Shown: positions 27,794 through 36,756, counted from the first letter of the stretch. The stretch is DNA of 42,892 bases from Candidatus Heimdallarchaeota archaeon (GCA_048881705.1 JBHLSH010000016.1:1-42892), one strand, 5' to 3'. Translations and numbers: made by a program. Notes: generated by a model from the sequence alone, not told the origin.

Positions 27794-27815
27794 ATTACAG
27801 TGTTTTCATTGTAAT
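27794..27815. promoter_or_regulatory. Palindromic candidate operator ATTACA-N10-TGTAAT
   Basis: ATTACAGTGTTTTCATTGTAAT lies about 25-45 nt upstream of the tandem-DOMON start (27769). Same core and spacing as 15213-15234. Confidence 0.5.
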
Positions 27816-27870
27816 AACTAAAATTCGGTATTCTCTGGGCTTTTATAAGAGTTTCCTTGGAAAGCTACGT

Positions 27871-27919
27871 TTTACACATTCACAATGGTTTATATAATAA
27901 TTATTCGTGAATGTGTGAA
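27871..27919. promoter_or_regulatory. TATA box flanked by a 13-bp inverted repeat
   Basis: Arms TTTACACATTCAC (27871-27883) and GTGAATGTGTGAA (27907-27919), one mismatch. They enclose TTTATATA (27889-27896), which reads TATATAAA on the minus strand facing the DOMON operon. Confidence 0.55.
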
Positions 27920-28354
27920 TATTCCTTACGAGGAGAATACGGAGGGTTTATTGGCTAATGTTCGGGAATGATCTACAAGAATCTGAAAAATTCTAGGTAT
28001 TCAAATTTGCCCAAAAATACTCCTTCATATATAAAACCAATTTTCGACGTAATAAAACGCGAAAGGCATATTCCCTACCAGTGTTTGGATGAAACCCCAA
28101 CGTTTGTAGATTATCCATCCGCAGGTTGTGATATTTCGATTCGAGTTTTGATGAATGGTTTCGACCCTAATTCTTGTTTGAGGAAATGATTACGAGAATA
28201 GATAAAGTCAGATTTTTAAGGGGAAGATAACCCTACGTGCGTCCAGAATTCCTTTCACATAAGATGGTTATCAAAGATTATATGGAATGAGTTAGATAAT
28301 AATACCCCATCAAGGAGCGGAAACACAAGATGGTGGTAATCAGAGGACGTAATA

Positions 28355-28678
28355 ATGAAAAAAATTTCTACCGATGAACTAAAGAAAAAAATGGATAATG
28401 GCGACAAATTTAAGCTTGTTTTTACCCTGGGAGATTGGTATTTCAAAGCAATGCACATCCCTGGCTCTATTTCCGTACATAATCCTGAAGATGCTCCCCA
28501 ATACCTTAGCCAAGATGACGAAATCGTGGTATATTGTTCCAACCCAGAGTGTACGGCGAGCCAAGTCGCATACATCTCATTGGAAAAAGCAGGATTCAAA
28601 AACTTACGACGTTTTGCGGGGGGTTTGGAAGCGTGGCAAAAAGCGGGGTATGACCTCGAAGGTGAAATGGTGGATTAA
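28355..28678 (+). CDS. Single-domain rhodanese-like sulfurtransferase
   Basis: HIPGSI, IVVYCSNPEC (active-site Cys loop), and GFKNLRRFAGGLEAW. Confidence 0.88.
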   Translation: MKKISTDELKKKMDNGDKFKLVFTLGDWYFKAMHIPGSISVHNPEDAPQYLSQDDEIVVYCSNPECTASQVAYISLEKAGFKNLRRFAGGLEAWQKAGYDLEGEMVD

Positions 28679-28814
28679 TTGGATCGACCAGAGCGCTTTC
28701 AAGTTTGAGCTTAATGATTAATCCATTATCCCAATTAATACGCCTTAATACGTCTAATCTGGGGGAGCCAAATTCGAATGCTACTAAAAATTGATTAAGA
28801 GGGAAGAGAACCTA

Positions 28815-29453
28815 TTATACTGACGTAATAGATCTGAATTTACGATCCAGTGGAAAAGCGATAGCTAATGCAACCACTGGTAAAGCTAAGACGGCTACCA
28901 GAACGAAAGCTATGGCAAATATGAGTTCACTTAAGGTCGCCATCTCCTTAAAGGGAGGGGGGCCAATAGGATTGCCTACAGTAAAATAACCTTTCATTCC
29001 TGCACCAAAATGCCCAGGACAGGAGCAAAAGAAACTAACGTACATGTTGTCTTTGGGTGTGGTCCATGTTATAGAGCCGACCATCCCTTTATCGGGTCCT
29101 CCAAAGTCTTCATCGGTTACAGTAGATAAATCAGTTTTACCTATGACGAGATCCGTACTGATGGCACCCAGAACAGCGATTTCGGGGGTAATCGTTCTTC
29201 CATTAGTTGCTATTATCAGGTTATGAAAGTGATTTTCAACGGGGTTCCAAAAATAAATAGTATATGTAGTATCAGGGAGTAAGTTCAATTGAGTAACACT
29301 GAACTGATTTTCAGGTAAGGCACGAATTTGTATGGAAGTATTCTCGTTCACGCCAACAATTGTGAACGGCGAAAAACCGAAAAAAGTAATTAAGAATAGA
29401 AATATACCTATTGTTAAGATATTATACCCTTTTCTCAATTTAACTAACCTCAT
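28815..29453 (-). CDS. Membrane-anchored type-1 blue copper protein (auracyanin/azurin-like cupredoxin)
   Basis: His in HFHNL and ligand loop FFCSCPGHFGAGMKG (Cys, His, Met). Hydrophobic N- and C-termini. Confidence 0.85.
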   Translation of the reverse strand: MRLVKLRKGYNILTIGIFLFLITFFGFSPFTIVGVNENTSIQIRALPENQFSVTQLNLLPDTTYTIYFWNPVENHFHNLIIATNGRTITPEIAVLGAISTDLVIGKTDLSTVTDEDFGGPDKGMVGSITWTTPKDNMYVSFFCSCPGHFGAGMKGYFTVGNPIGPPPFKEMATLSELIFAIAFVLVAVLALPVVALAIAFPLDRKFRSITSV

Positions 29454-29755
29454 TTGATTTGGACTAGCATTATGTTTTCAACTAATAAACATTTACCCTT
29501 TTTTAAATTGCTAAATAAACAATAGAAAAGAAATAACGGTTTTACGATATTCACAGCTGTTTATGAAAAGTTTGTCTCGTATGTTCAATCTGGTCACCCT
29601 TTTTCTCCGAAAAAAGTAAAGGGTCTCTATTCCGTGTGGATTATTGCAAGAAAACGAAATATTCCAATATGAACATAATCTAATCAGAATCTTCGCTTTT
29701 CACAAGGATTTATATAATGAATCCCTTACTGGGTCATTCTAAATGCTCAATAATC

Positions 29756-30379
29756 TCAAGTCTTCCTCTTTCTTGTTATAGGGAAAAATCTGGGAACCCT
29801 AGATTTGTAGGTCTCATAAGTACGGCCGAATTCCTTCAATAATTCCTTTTCTTCTTTCCAAACAAGAAAATAGAGGTAGGCACCTATGAAAGGGGTTATG
29901 AGCAGTGAATAAAGCGAAGAGAACAAAATTGACAGGGCTAAGTGAGCAAGGAATGCCCCAACATATTGAGGATGCCTGATATGAGAATATATACCCGATT
30001 CGATGATTTCTACGGCTCTATGAGTTTCTGCTACCTTCAAACCCATTTCAGTAACCCCAGTTAAAGCAATCGATAAAACCACCAGAATTAACGGCAAGGA
30101 TATTGCAGAGTGGATAAGGGGGATTTCCAGTTCAATGACTGGGATTATGAATGAGAATTCTAGGGGAAACGGTATCGTAAACCTTGGCTGGGGGGTGACC
30201 CAGATCCCGATCAAAAAAAGGAAAAAACCCCATCCTGAAATTATACCCAACATATCCCCGATGATTTTACCTTTATTATCTCCAAACTTATCCGAAAGTT
30301 TTTGGTGTTCCAAAGATAAAACGTAGAGCGGAAGAATGGCAATTTCGCCGATAACACTAAACCAAAACCAGAGGGACAT
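29756..30379 (-). CDS. Isoprenylcysteine carboxyl methyltransferase/PEMT-family membrane methyltransferase
   Basis: GIYSHIRHPQYVG and EEKELLKEFG..YETYKSRVPRFFP. Confidence 0.88.
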   Translation of the reverse strand: MSLWFWFSVIGEIAILPLYVLSLEHQKLSDKFGDNKGKIIGDMLGIISGWGFFLFLIGIWVTPQPRFTIPFPLEFSFIIPVIELEIPLIHSAISLPLILVVLSIALTGVTEMGLKVAETHRAVEIIESGIYSHIRHPQYVGAFLAHLALSILFSSLYSLLITPFIGAYLYFLVWKEEKELLKEFGRTYETYKSRVPRFFPITRKRKT

Positions 30380-30684
30380 ATGTACTCAAATTCCATATTT
30401 CAAAGAAGATATCTTTTTGTTCCAATGCGATCGAAAATCATTACTTAAAAGTGTAAGCTCAATCCTATGGGATCTTTCCGGACATGTCAGGCCCCCATCC
30501 TTTTCCTTCTATCAAAGGGAAAACCTGTTAGATGGAGTAATCTTAATCTCTCTCTGGCAATAGGATATCCGATGCGAGCTGAGGCCATCAACATGCGTAA
30601 ATGTCGCGTAATACAAATCGGAAATAAAGATAAAAAGGATGGGGATCTAGTCATTTTCTGAATAGCCAAAGTAGGTGGTAGTTT

Positions 30685-31149
30685 GTGCAAGAAATGTCAC
30701 CCAAGCAAAAGGACCGGATCAAAAAGATATTGAAGTCCGTTTATTTCTATTCTTTGACCACAAGTTGGAAGGACATGCCTCAAACAACTATTGTGCTGCC
30801 GGGGATAACAGAAGATTGGAAAATATTAATTATATCGCATAAAAAAAGGAAAAAAGTACAAAATATTCGGAATAATCCAAACGTCTGGCTGATAGCAGAC
30901 AAAACAGGTCTCTTTAGGATTCCCCGTGTAATTTACATCAAGGCAACGGCAGAGATTTGTAATTTAACAACAGAAAAGTTCAATGAATTTGCTTCACTTC
31001 ACAGCTGGTTCTCTAGAAGGTTAATTCGCCGTCTGGCGCGGGATGAGATCAAAGAATCTGTGTTAATCGAGATTACTCCCTCAAAATTCACAACTGTTGG
31101 AATTTACGGCAAAGTAACGGAAACAGTTTCTTTTAGGGCACCGAGTTGA
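30685..31149 (+). CDS. Pyridoxamine 5'-phosphate oxidase-like (split-barrel flavin-binding) protein
   Basis: RKKVQNIRNNPNVWL, IKATAEI and VLIEITPSK. Confidence 0.7.
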   Translation: MQEMSPKQKDRIKKILKSVYFYSLTTSWKDMPQTTIVLPGITEDWKILIISHKKRKKVQNIRNNPNVWLIADKTGLFRIPRVIYIKATAEICNLTTEKFNEFASLHSWFSRRLIRRLARDEIKESVLIEITPSKFTTVGIYGKVTETVSFRAPS

Positions 31150-31221
31150 TGATGTTATTCGATACTATTTTCAGAGAAACATCTACTTATTATCGGATTA
31201 CTCACCATTTTATGAAATAAA

Positions 31222-31590
31222 ATGCCCACAATAACTATTCTTAAGGACGGAACGAAAAAAACGATAGAAGCTGCGCCAAGCGAAAGATTGGTTTTGGCAA
31301 TTGAACGTGCAGGCATCGATATAGGGCACAGGTGCGGTGGATTCGCTCGTTGCACCACTTGTCGGGTAGAAATTCATTCTGGCGAGCCAGAGAAAATGAC
31401 AAAGGCTGAACTTACGAGACTAGAGGATCGTGGACTTAAGGGCCATTTCAGGCTCTCCTGTCAGATTTTGTGTGAGCAGAATATGGAAGTCAGTCCGAAA
31501 TACTTCGTAAGCGAAAAAGGGTGGGACGGACCGGGAAAAACGCCAGAACGAAATATCACGCCAGAAGCGGAATGGGTCTCGAAATCGTAA
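31222..31590 (+). CDS. 2Fe-2S ferredoxin
   Basis: HRCGGFARCTTCRV...RLSCQ. Confidence 0.9.
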   Translation: MPTITILKDGTKKTIEAAPSERLVLAIERAGIDIGHRCGGFARCTTCRVEIHSGEPEKMTKAELTRLEDRGLKGHFRLSCQILCEQNMEVSPKYFVSEKGWDGPGKTPERNITPEAEWVSKS

Positions 31591-31680
31591 AAAAATGATC
31601 GCGGCCGCCTGATATGTAGGTATATGGACAATTACCAGCAAAACGAAGAAGTAATATTCAAATATTAAAGGGTTGAAATA

Positions 31681-33426
31681 ATGTCAGTTAAAAATGAATT
31701 CATTGTTCGAATTGGTGGAGCTGCTGGAGACGGAGTAGCATCAGCAGGAGAAACTTTTGGGAAAATTTGTTCTAGACTGGGCCTTTATGTCCACGGACTA
31801 AATTTCTACCAGTCAGTAATCAGGGGCGGTCTTGTAGGCTGGAATATAAGAGCTTCTAGCCGACCTATCAAAAGCCAAGGTCAAGGCATTGATATTTTAA
31901 TAGCTCTAACGACCTTGGCGGCCAATACCTATGGACATGAATTGCAGCCAGGAGGTTTATTGATTTATGATGAGAAGAAAGTTAAACCTAAAGCAGAGGA
32001 TCTGCCCAAGGATATCAATTTATGTCCATTACCCTTGATTGAAACAGCGAAGGAATTTGGTAGGAGAATGACCATTCTACAGAATACAGTGGCGATTGCC
32101 GCTGTATTAAGGGTACTAAATATCGAATCAGGACATTTTAACCAACTACTACGGGAACAATTCCAAAAAAAGGGGGAAGAGATTATCAAGATAAACCTGG
32201 GCGCGGCTGAACGGGGCTATCAGCTTGGTTCTGGACTGCCATCGTTTCAGCACTCAGTACAATTTGGGGGATCCCCCCGCATGTTCATTTCAGGAAATCA
32301 AGCAATTGGGCTTGGAGCGATGGCAGCAGGATTACAATATTATGCTGCTTACCCAATGACGCCTGCAACTTCGATCTTGCATTTTTTGGCAGCACACGCG
32401 AAAGAATATGGAATGGTGGTAAAGCAAGTGGAAGACGAATTGGGAGTAGTTAATTCTGCAATAGGTGCGTCTTTTGCGGGCACTAAATCAATGTGTGGAA
32501 CTTCAGGAGGAGGATTTGCTCTTATGACGGAAGCCATTGGTTTTGCTGGGATGATTGAAACTCCACTCGTAGTTGTTACAAGTATGAGGGGGGGCCCTTC
32601 AACGGGGCTTCCAACCAAAACGGAACAAGGGGACCTAAACCAAGTATTCGGTGCCTCTCAAGGAGATTTCCCGAAGGCGATTTTTGCCCCATTAAATGTT
32701 ACAGATGCCTATGATACAATTGTCGAAGCATTAAATCTTGCAGAAAAGTATCAAATACCCATCATTGTAATGTCAGATCTCTATTTATCAGAACACTATG
32801 AAACCATTGAAGAGGTTAATCTAGAACCTGAAATTTATGAACGTTTAGCACCGAACGGCCTAAGTGATTATCTCCGTTATAAATCAGACACAGAAAACGG
32901 TGTTTCACCGAGATCAATACCCGGAGAATCTGGATATGAATTTATCGCAGGCTCCGACGAACATGATGAAAAAGGAAACCTAATTTCCGATGTTAGAGCT
33001 GGTCTCCCAGAACAATTCGTTATCAGAAAACAGATGATGGAGAAACGGGGCAGGAAGCTTGAATTCTTAAGCAGAGAATTACGTCCCCCAGAGACTTATG
33101 GCCCTCCGAATTCGGAAATCACGATCATTGGTTGGGGTTCATCTACCGGGGCGATTCAAGAGGCAGTCGACATTCTAAATTCCATTGGCATTAGAGCAAA
33201 TAGCCTACATATAAGAAGCATCGTTCCTTTCAACGAAGATATGTTCGGCAATTATCTTCAAAATGCTAAAAAAGTTGTTATGGTTGAGGGCAATTATAGT
33301 GGACAGATGAAACGGCATATCTCAGCTGAAACAAGTATTAAAATTGACAATAGTTACAATAAGTATGATGGAGATTATCTATCGCCAAAAGAGATCGTTA
33401 ATTTTGTTAAGCAGGAGGTTCTCTAA
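31681..33426 (+). CDS. korA: 2-oxoacid:ferredoxin oxidoreductase alpha subunit (gamma-alpha fusion, KorA-type); substrate not determined
   Basis: IGGAAGDGVAS, SVIRGG, YPMTPAT, EDELG, TSGGGF, RGGPSTGLPTKTEQGD and EHDEKG. Confidence 0.93.
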   Translation: MSVKNEFIVRIGGAAGDGVASAGETFGKICSRLGLYVHGLNFYQSVIRGGLVGWNIRASSRPIKSQGQGIDILIALTTLAANTYGHELQPGGLLIYDEKKVKPKAEDLPKDINLCPLPLIETAKEFGRRMTILQNTVAIAAVLRVLNIESGHFNQLLREQFQKKGEEIIKINLGAAERGYQLGSGLPSFQHSVQFGGSPRMFISGNQAIGLGAMAAGLQYYAAYPMTPATSILHFLAAHAKEYGMVVKQVEDELGVVNSAIGASFAGTKSMCGTSGGGFALMTEAIGFAGMIETPLVVVTSMRGGPSTGLPTKTEQGDLNQVFGASQGDFPKAIFAPLNVTDAYDTIVEALNLAEKYQIPIIVMSDLYLSEHYETIEEVNLEPEIYERLAPNGLSDYLRYKSDTENGVSPRSIPGESGYEFIAGSDEHDEKGNLISDVRAGLPEQFVIRKQMMEKRGRKLEFLSRELRPPETYGPPNSEITIIGWGSSTGAIQEAVDILNSIGIRANSLHIRSIVPFNEDMFGNYLQNAKKVVMVEGNYSGQMKRHISAETSIKIDNSYNKYDGDYLSPKEIVNFVKQEVL

Positions 33427-33428
33427 TA

Positions 33429-34322
33429 ATGATGAGTGTAGAAATAGTAGAAAGCCATCTCGATTTAAAGGATTTTCAATCGGATGTAAAACCCACTTGG
33501 TGTCCCGGCTGTGGTGATTATGGTGTTTTAAGAGGGACACTTGAAGCCATGAAGGAACTCCAAATCCCCCCACGTAACATTGTTGTGGTATCAGGTATTG
33601 GATGTAGTTCAAATTTTCCCCATTTTCTCTCCAGCTACGGGGTACACGCACTTCATGGTCGTGCACTTCCGGTCGGCATGGGAATCCAATTAGCAAATCA
33701 CGAACTTACAACAATTGTAGCTGGAGGAGATGGGGATGGTTACGGTATAGGTGCGGGACATTTTGTTCATGCATGCAGAAGAAACGTTAATATAACTTAT
33801 ATTGTAATGAATAATGAAATCTACGGGTTGACCACGGGACAGGCTTCTCCCACTTCAAGAGAGGGATTGGTTACCAAATCGACTCCACGAGATTATTCAC
33901 TCCATGAACTCCCATTAAACCCCATTGCGGTAGCCCTCGCAGCGGGAGCCAGTTTTGTTGCACGAGGCTTTTCTGGTGAAAGAACGCATCTGGCCAATCT
34001 AGTCGAAGAGGGGATTAAACATCGAGGATTCTCATACATCGATGTAATCTCTCCATGTGTAACTTTTCAAAAGATGGCGACATACGATTTCTTCAAAGAA
34101 CGGGTGTTTAAAATCGAGGATAACGAGTACGATACAAGTGACTTCGGAGCGGCCATGGCACATGCAAGAGAACCTTGGGAAGAAAAAATAGCCATCGGAT
34201 TATTTTATCAGGAGGATCGTCCGCTTTACGAGGATTACGAGCCAACCTTACGGCGGGGCCCACTTGTATCACAAAAGAGGAATTTGAGGAATCAAAAAAA
34301 GATCTTGAAGCAATTTTACTAA
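33429..34322 (+). CDS. korB: 2-oxoacid:ferredoxin oxidoreductase beta subunit
   Basis: WCPGCGDY, SGIGCSS, HGRALP, TPP motif GDGD...NNEIYGLTTGQASPT, and SPCVTF. Confidence 0.93.
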   Translation: MMSVEIVESHLDLKDFQSDVKPTWCPGCGDYGVLRGTLEAMKELQIPPRNIVVVSGIGCSSNFPHFLSSYGVHALHGRALPVGMGIQLANHELTTIVAGGDGDGYGIGAGHFVHACRRNVNITYIVMNNEIYGLTTGQASPTSREGLVTKSTPRDYSLHELPLNPIAVALAAGASFVARGFSGERTHLANLVEEGIKHRGFSYIDVISPCVTFQKMATYDFFKERVFKIEDNEYDTSDFGAAMAHAREPWEEKIAIGLFYQEDRPLYEDYEPTLRRGPLVSQKRNLRNQKKILKQFY

Positions 34323-34629
34323 GATACTTGTCATTAGAGTGACCCGCAAATGGTAAGGGTTGTATCATATCCCCGCTTCCCCATAAAATTACGTGAATGC
34401 GCGTAAAATTGAAATCACTCAAAGCCCAATTAATACCCTTCCCAGTCTGGTGTCCTCCTCGCTTTTTGACTTGATTTAGGGAGAGCAATCTCAATCTTTT
34501 ATCGTTTTTTTAATATTCTTCGCAGAATATATTTAAAATAACCAGTTCACAACCGTCTATCAGACAAAACCAATAAAAAATATATTAAAAACCCAACAAA
34601 AATGGATTTAGTATAGGTGTTGAAGAATA

Positions 34630-34869
34630 ATGACTCATGTGATAGCCGAACCTTGTATAGACGAAAAAGCTGCTGATTGTCTTGAAGTCTGCCCAGTCGA
34701 CTGTATCGAAGAAGGCGCCGATCAGTACTACATTGACCCTGAAGAATGTATTGACTGCGAAGCCTGTGTTGAAGCATGTCCAGTCGAAGCCATCTTCCAT
34801 GAAGATGAACTTCCCGAAAAGTGGCACTCTTTTACTGAAAAGAATGCAAATTTTTTCGCAAACAAGTAG
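34630..34869 (+). CDS. 7Fe ([3Fe-4S][4Fe-4S]) ferredoxin, FdxA-type
   Basis: PC-x7-CLEVCPVDCI and IDPEECIDCEACVEACPVEAIFHED..PEKW..F..KNA.FF. Confidence 0.88.
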   Translation: MTHVIAEPCIDEKAADCLEVCPVDCIEEGADQYYIDPEECIDCEACVEACPVEAIFHEDELPEKWHSFTEKNANFFANK

Positions 34870-35231
34870 GCGACCTACAAGGTAGGACCTACCATTATTA
34901 ATTTTTTCAGAGGAAAACCACACCTTGTGAAAGATCCGCAGTGCGCGAACTAAACCTCATTGGAAGAATTATAAATTTCCTAGGATTCCAATCATATTTT
35001 ATACAACATTTTTGCACCCTAATCTTTTAAACTGGGTCTTTCTATGATAAAACAAAATCCGACCTTTGTTAATATTGACGTCATATCTAGTCGAATACTC
35101 CAAGAACTCCAGCTCTGAAACATTAACCCAACTTTTTGCTGCCTGAAAGCCAAATATGCTATCAAATCACCGAATGAAGTATTTTCATAGTAGTGTGAGC
35201 TGAAAAAACCAAGGAAAACGGCGGACTGGAT

Positions 35232-35360
35232 ATGCCTAGAAAAGGAAAGGGAGTAAAACGGATTATACGAGAAGAACGAAGGTTACGAGAAAAAGTAAAA
35301 CAGGGGGAAAAACAAAAGCGGGTAAAACTCAAGAATATAGAGAATTTGGATGAAAGTTAG
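35232..35360 (+). CDS. Putative 42-aa highly basic small protein (absent from the ORF track)
   Basis: MPRKGKGVKRIIREERRLREKVKQGEKQKRVKLKNIENLDES. ATG follows a purine-rich GGCGGA..GGA. The stop lies 7 nt from the convergent gene end at 35368. Confidence 0.5.
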   Translation: MPRKGKGVKRIIREERRLREKVKQGEKQKRVKLKNIENLDES

Positions 35361-35367
35361 TGTATGT

Positions 35368-36756
35368 CTATTTTATCCAAGCACAATCAAATATACCCTC
35401 GGCCAAACTCGGATGGAAGGCGGGAAACTTTCTAAGCTCTTTCAATGTTCCGTTACAGGCAATAGCTGTTCCAATAACGGTAATCAGATTTAGTGCATCG
35501 ATCCCAACGATTTCTCCGCCTATGATTCTTTCCGTAGAGTCTTCTACAATTAGCATCGTATATCCATTGATTCCTCCTGAAATTTGAGCATAAGCATTCT
35601 GTCCATTAGGTATTTCCAGTATTTTGACCTTAATCCCTCTATTTAAGGCTTCATCTTGCGTTAAACCAATCTTTGCGGCCTCGATATCTAAGGCGGTTAA
35701 TCCACATAGTACAAGGTCGGGATCCACATGAATGGAGTGATCGCTTTCCATGATATGGTCTGCGAGGATTCTACCTTCGTATGTGGAGAGGAATGAACGG
35801 AAAGGTAACCCATCATTTCTGATTTGGTCTCCTATAAAGTAAATATTATCGGGTGGATTTCCGAAATTACTTTTCTCTCTCCATTCGAGATTAGGTTGCT
35901 TTTGAAAGGCGTTGATGAACATCTCAGAAGATAATTGCTTCCTTTTATTATCCCGATATAGAATATCGACCTTAAATCCAGTGTCATGCACAAAAAATCG
36001 CTCTATCTTTGTATTTTTATAAATGATAATTCCCTCAACCTCCAATAAATCTTCAACGCTCTGTTTAAGTTTTTTACTTCCATAGGAGACGACAGTATTG
36101 TTTGGGCTTGCTATGGTCACTTCGGAACCAAGTAAATGAAAAAAGACCGCTATTTCGATACATGGACTATCAGCTCCGAAAACAATCACCTCACTTGGAA
36201 TTTCATCAAGATTCATTGTCATTACTTGCTCCGCCGGAATAATAAATTTTTCCACTTCTTTTGTCCCTGGTACGGATATGGGGGCATATACAGCTCCTGC
36301 TGCAACAATAATGTTCCTTACGAATAATTTGAAAATTACCCTATCGTTTTTGGTAATTTCTACTTCGTTTCTCGTTAAAACTTTGGCTGTTCCCTCTATG
36401 AATTTTATCCCACGATCCTCCAGATTTTTTTTAATCCCTGATCGGATTTTACGCTCTATTCCTTCCATAGCTGATTTTAGCTGAGGTATCGCAACGGCAG
36501 GAACTTGATCAAACATTTTATTGCGGCGAATCCTCTCTGAGATCTGATGTTTCAAAATAAGGTTATTTAGGGCAAAATGAATTGGGATACATCCTTGGTT
36601 TACACAAATGCCACCTATTAGTCCTTTTTCAACAACTGTTACATTATCGGCTCCTAGGAGGGATAATCTTTCAGCTAGGGCCGTACCTCCAGGTCCTGCA
36701 CCGATTATCAAATAATCTGCATCGACCTCTATCATTTCCTGCATGATGTTTTCCAA
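35368..36756 (-). CDS. Class I pyridine nucleotide-disulfide oxidoreductase, dihydrolipoamide dehydrogenase-like, with degenerate NAD site
   Basis: GAGPGG, GGICVNQGCIP redox disulfide, FIGD and HPSLAE. The second Rossmann motif reads VFGADSPCIEIA. Confidence 0.82.
   Translation of the reverse strand: MENIMQEMIEVDADYLIIGAGPGGTALAERLSLLGADNVTVVEKGLIGGICVNQGCIPIHFALNNLILKHQISERIRRNKMFDQVPAVAIPQLKSAMEGIERKIRSGIKKNLEDRGIKFIEGTAKVLTRNEVEITKNDRVIFKLFVRNIIVAAGAVYAPISVPGTKEVEKFIIPAEQVMTMNLDEIPSEVIVFGADSPCIEIAVFFHLLGSEVTIASPNNTVVSYGSKKLKQSVEDLLEVEGIIIYKNTKIERFFVHDTGFKVDILYRDNKRKQLSSEMFINAFQKQPNLEWREKSNFGNPPDNIYFIGDQIRNDGLPFRSFLSTYEGRILADHIMESDHSIHVDPDLVLCGLTALDIEAAKIGLTQDEALNRGIKVKILEIPNGQNAYAQISGGINGYTMLIVEDSTERIIGGEIVGIDALNLITVIGTAIACNGTLKELRKFPAFHPSLAEGIFDCAWIK

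Noticed and set aside
27968-28189. 73-aa ORF in the DOMON/rhodanese intergenic region
   Set aside because: No recognisable motif or composition signal; probably spurious within a divergent promoter region.
29756-30379. ICMT-like gene as evidence of GTPase prenylation
   Set aside because: The family is widespread in prokaryotes with other substrates, and the GTPase here has no CaaX ending.
34975-35190. About 55 open codons on the minus strand downstream of the 7Fe ferredoxin
   Set aside because: No in-frame start codon and no recognisable similarity, so it cannot be called a gene or pseudogene.
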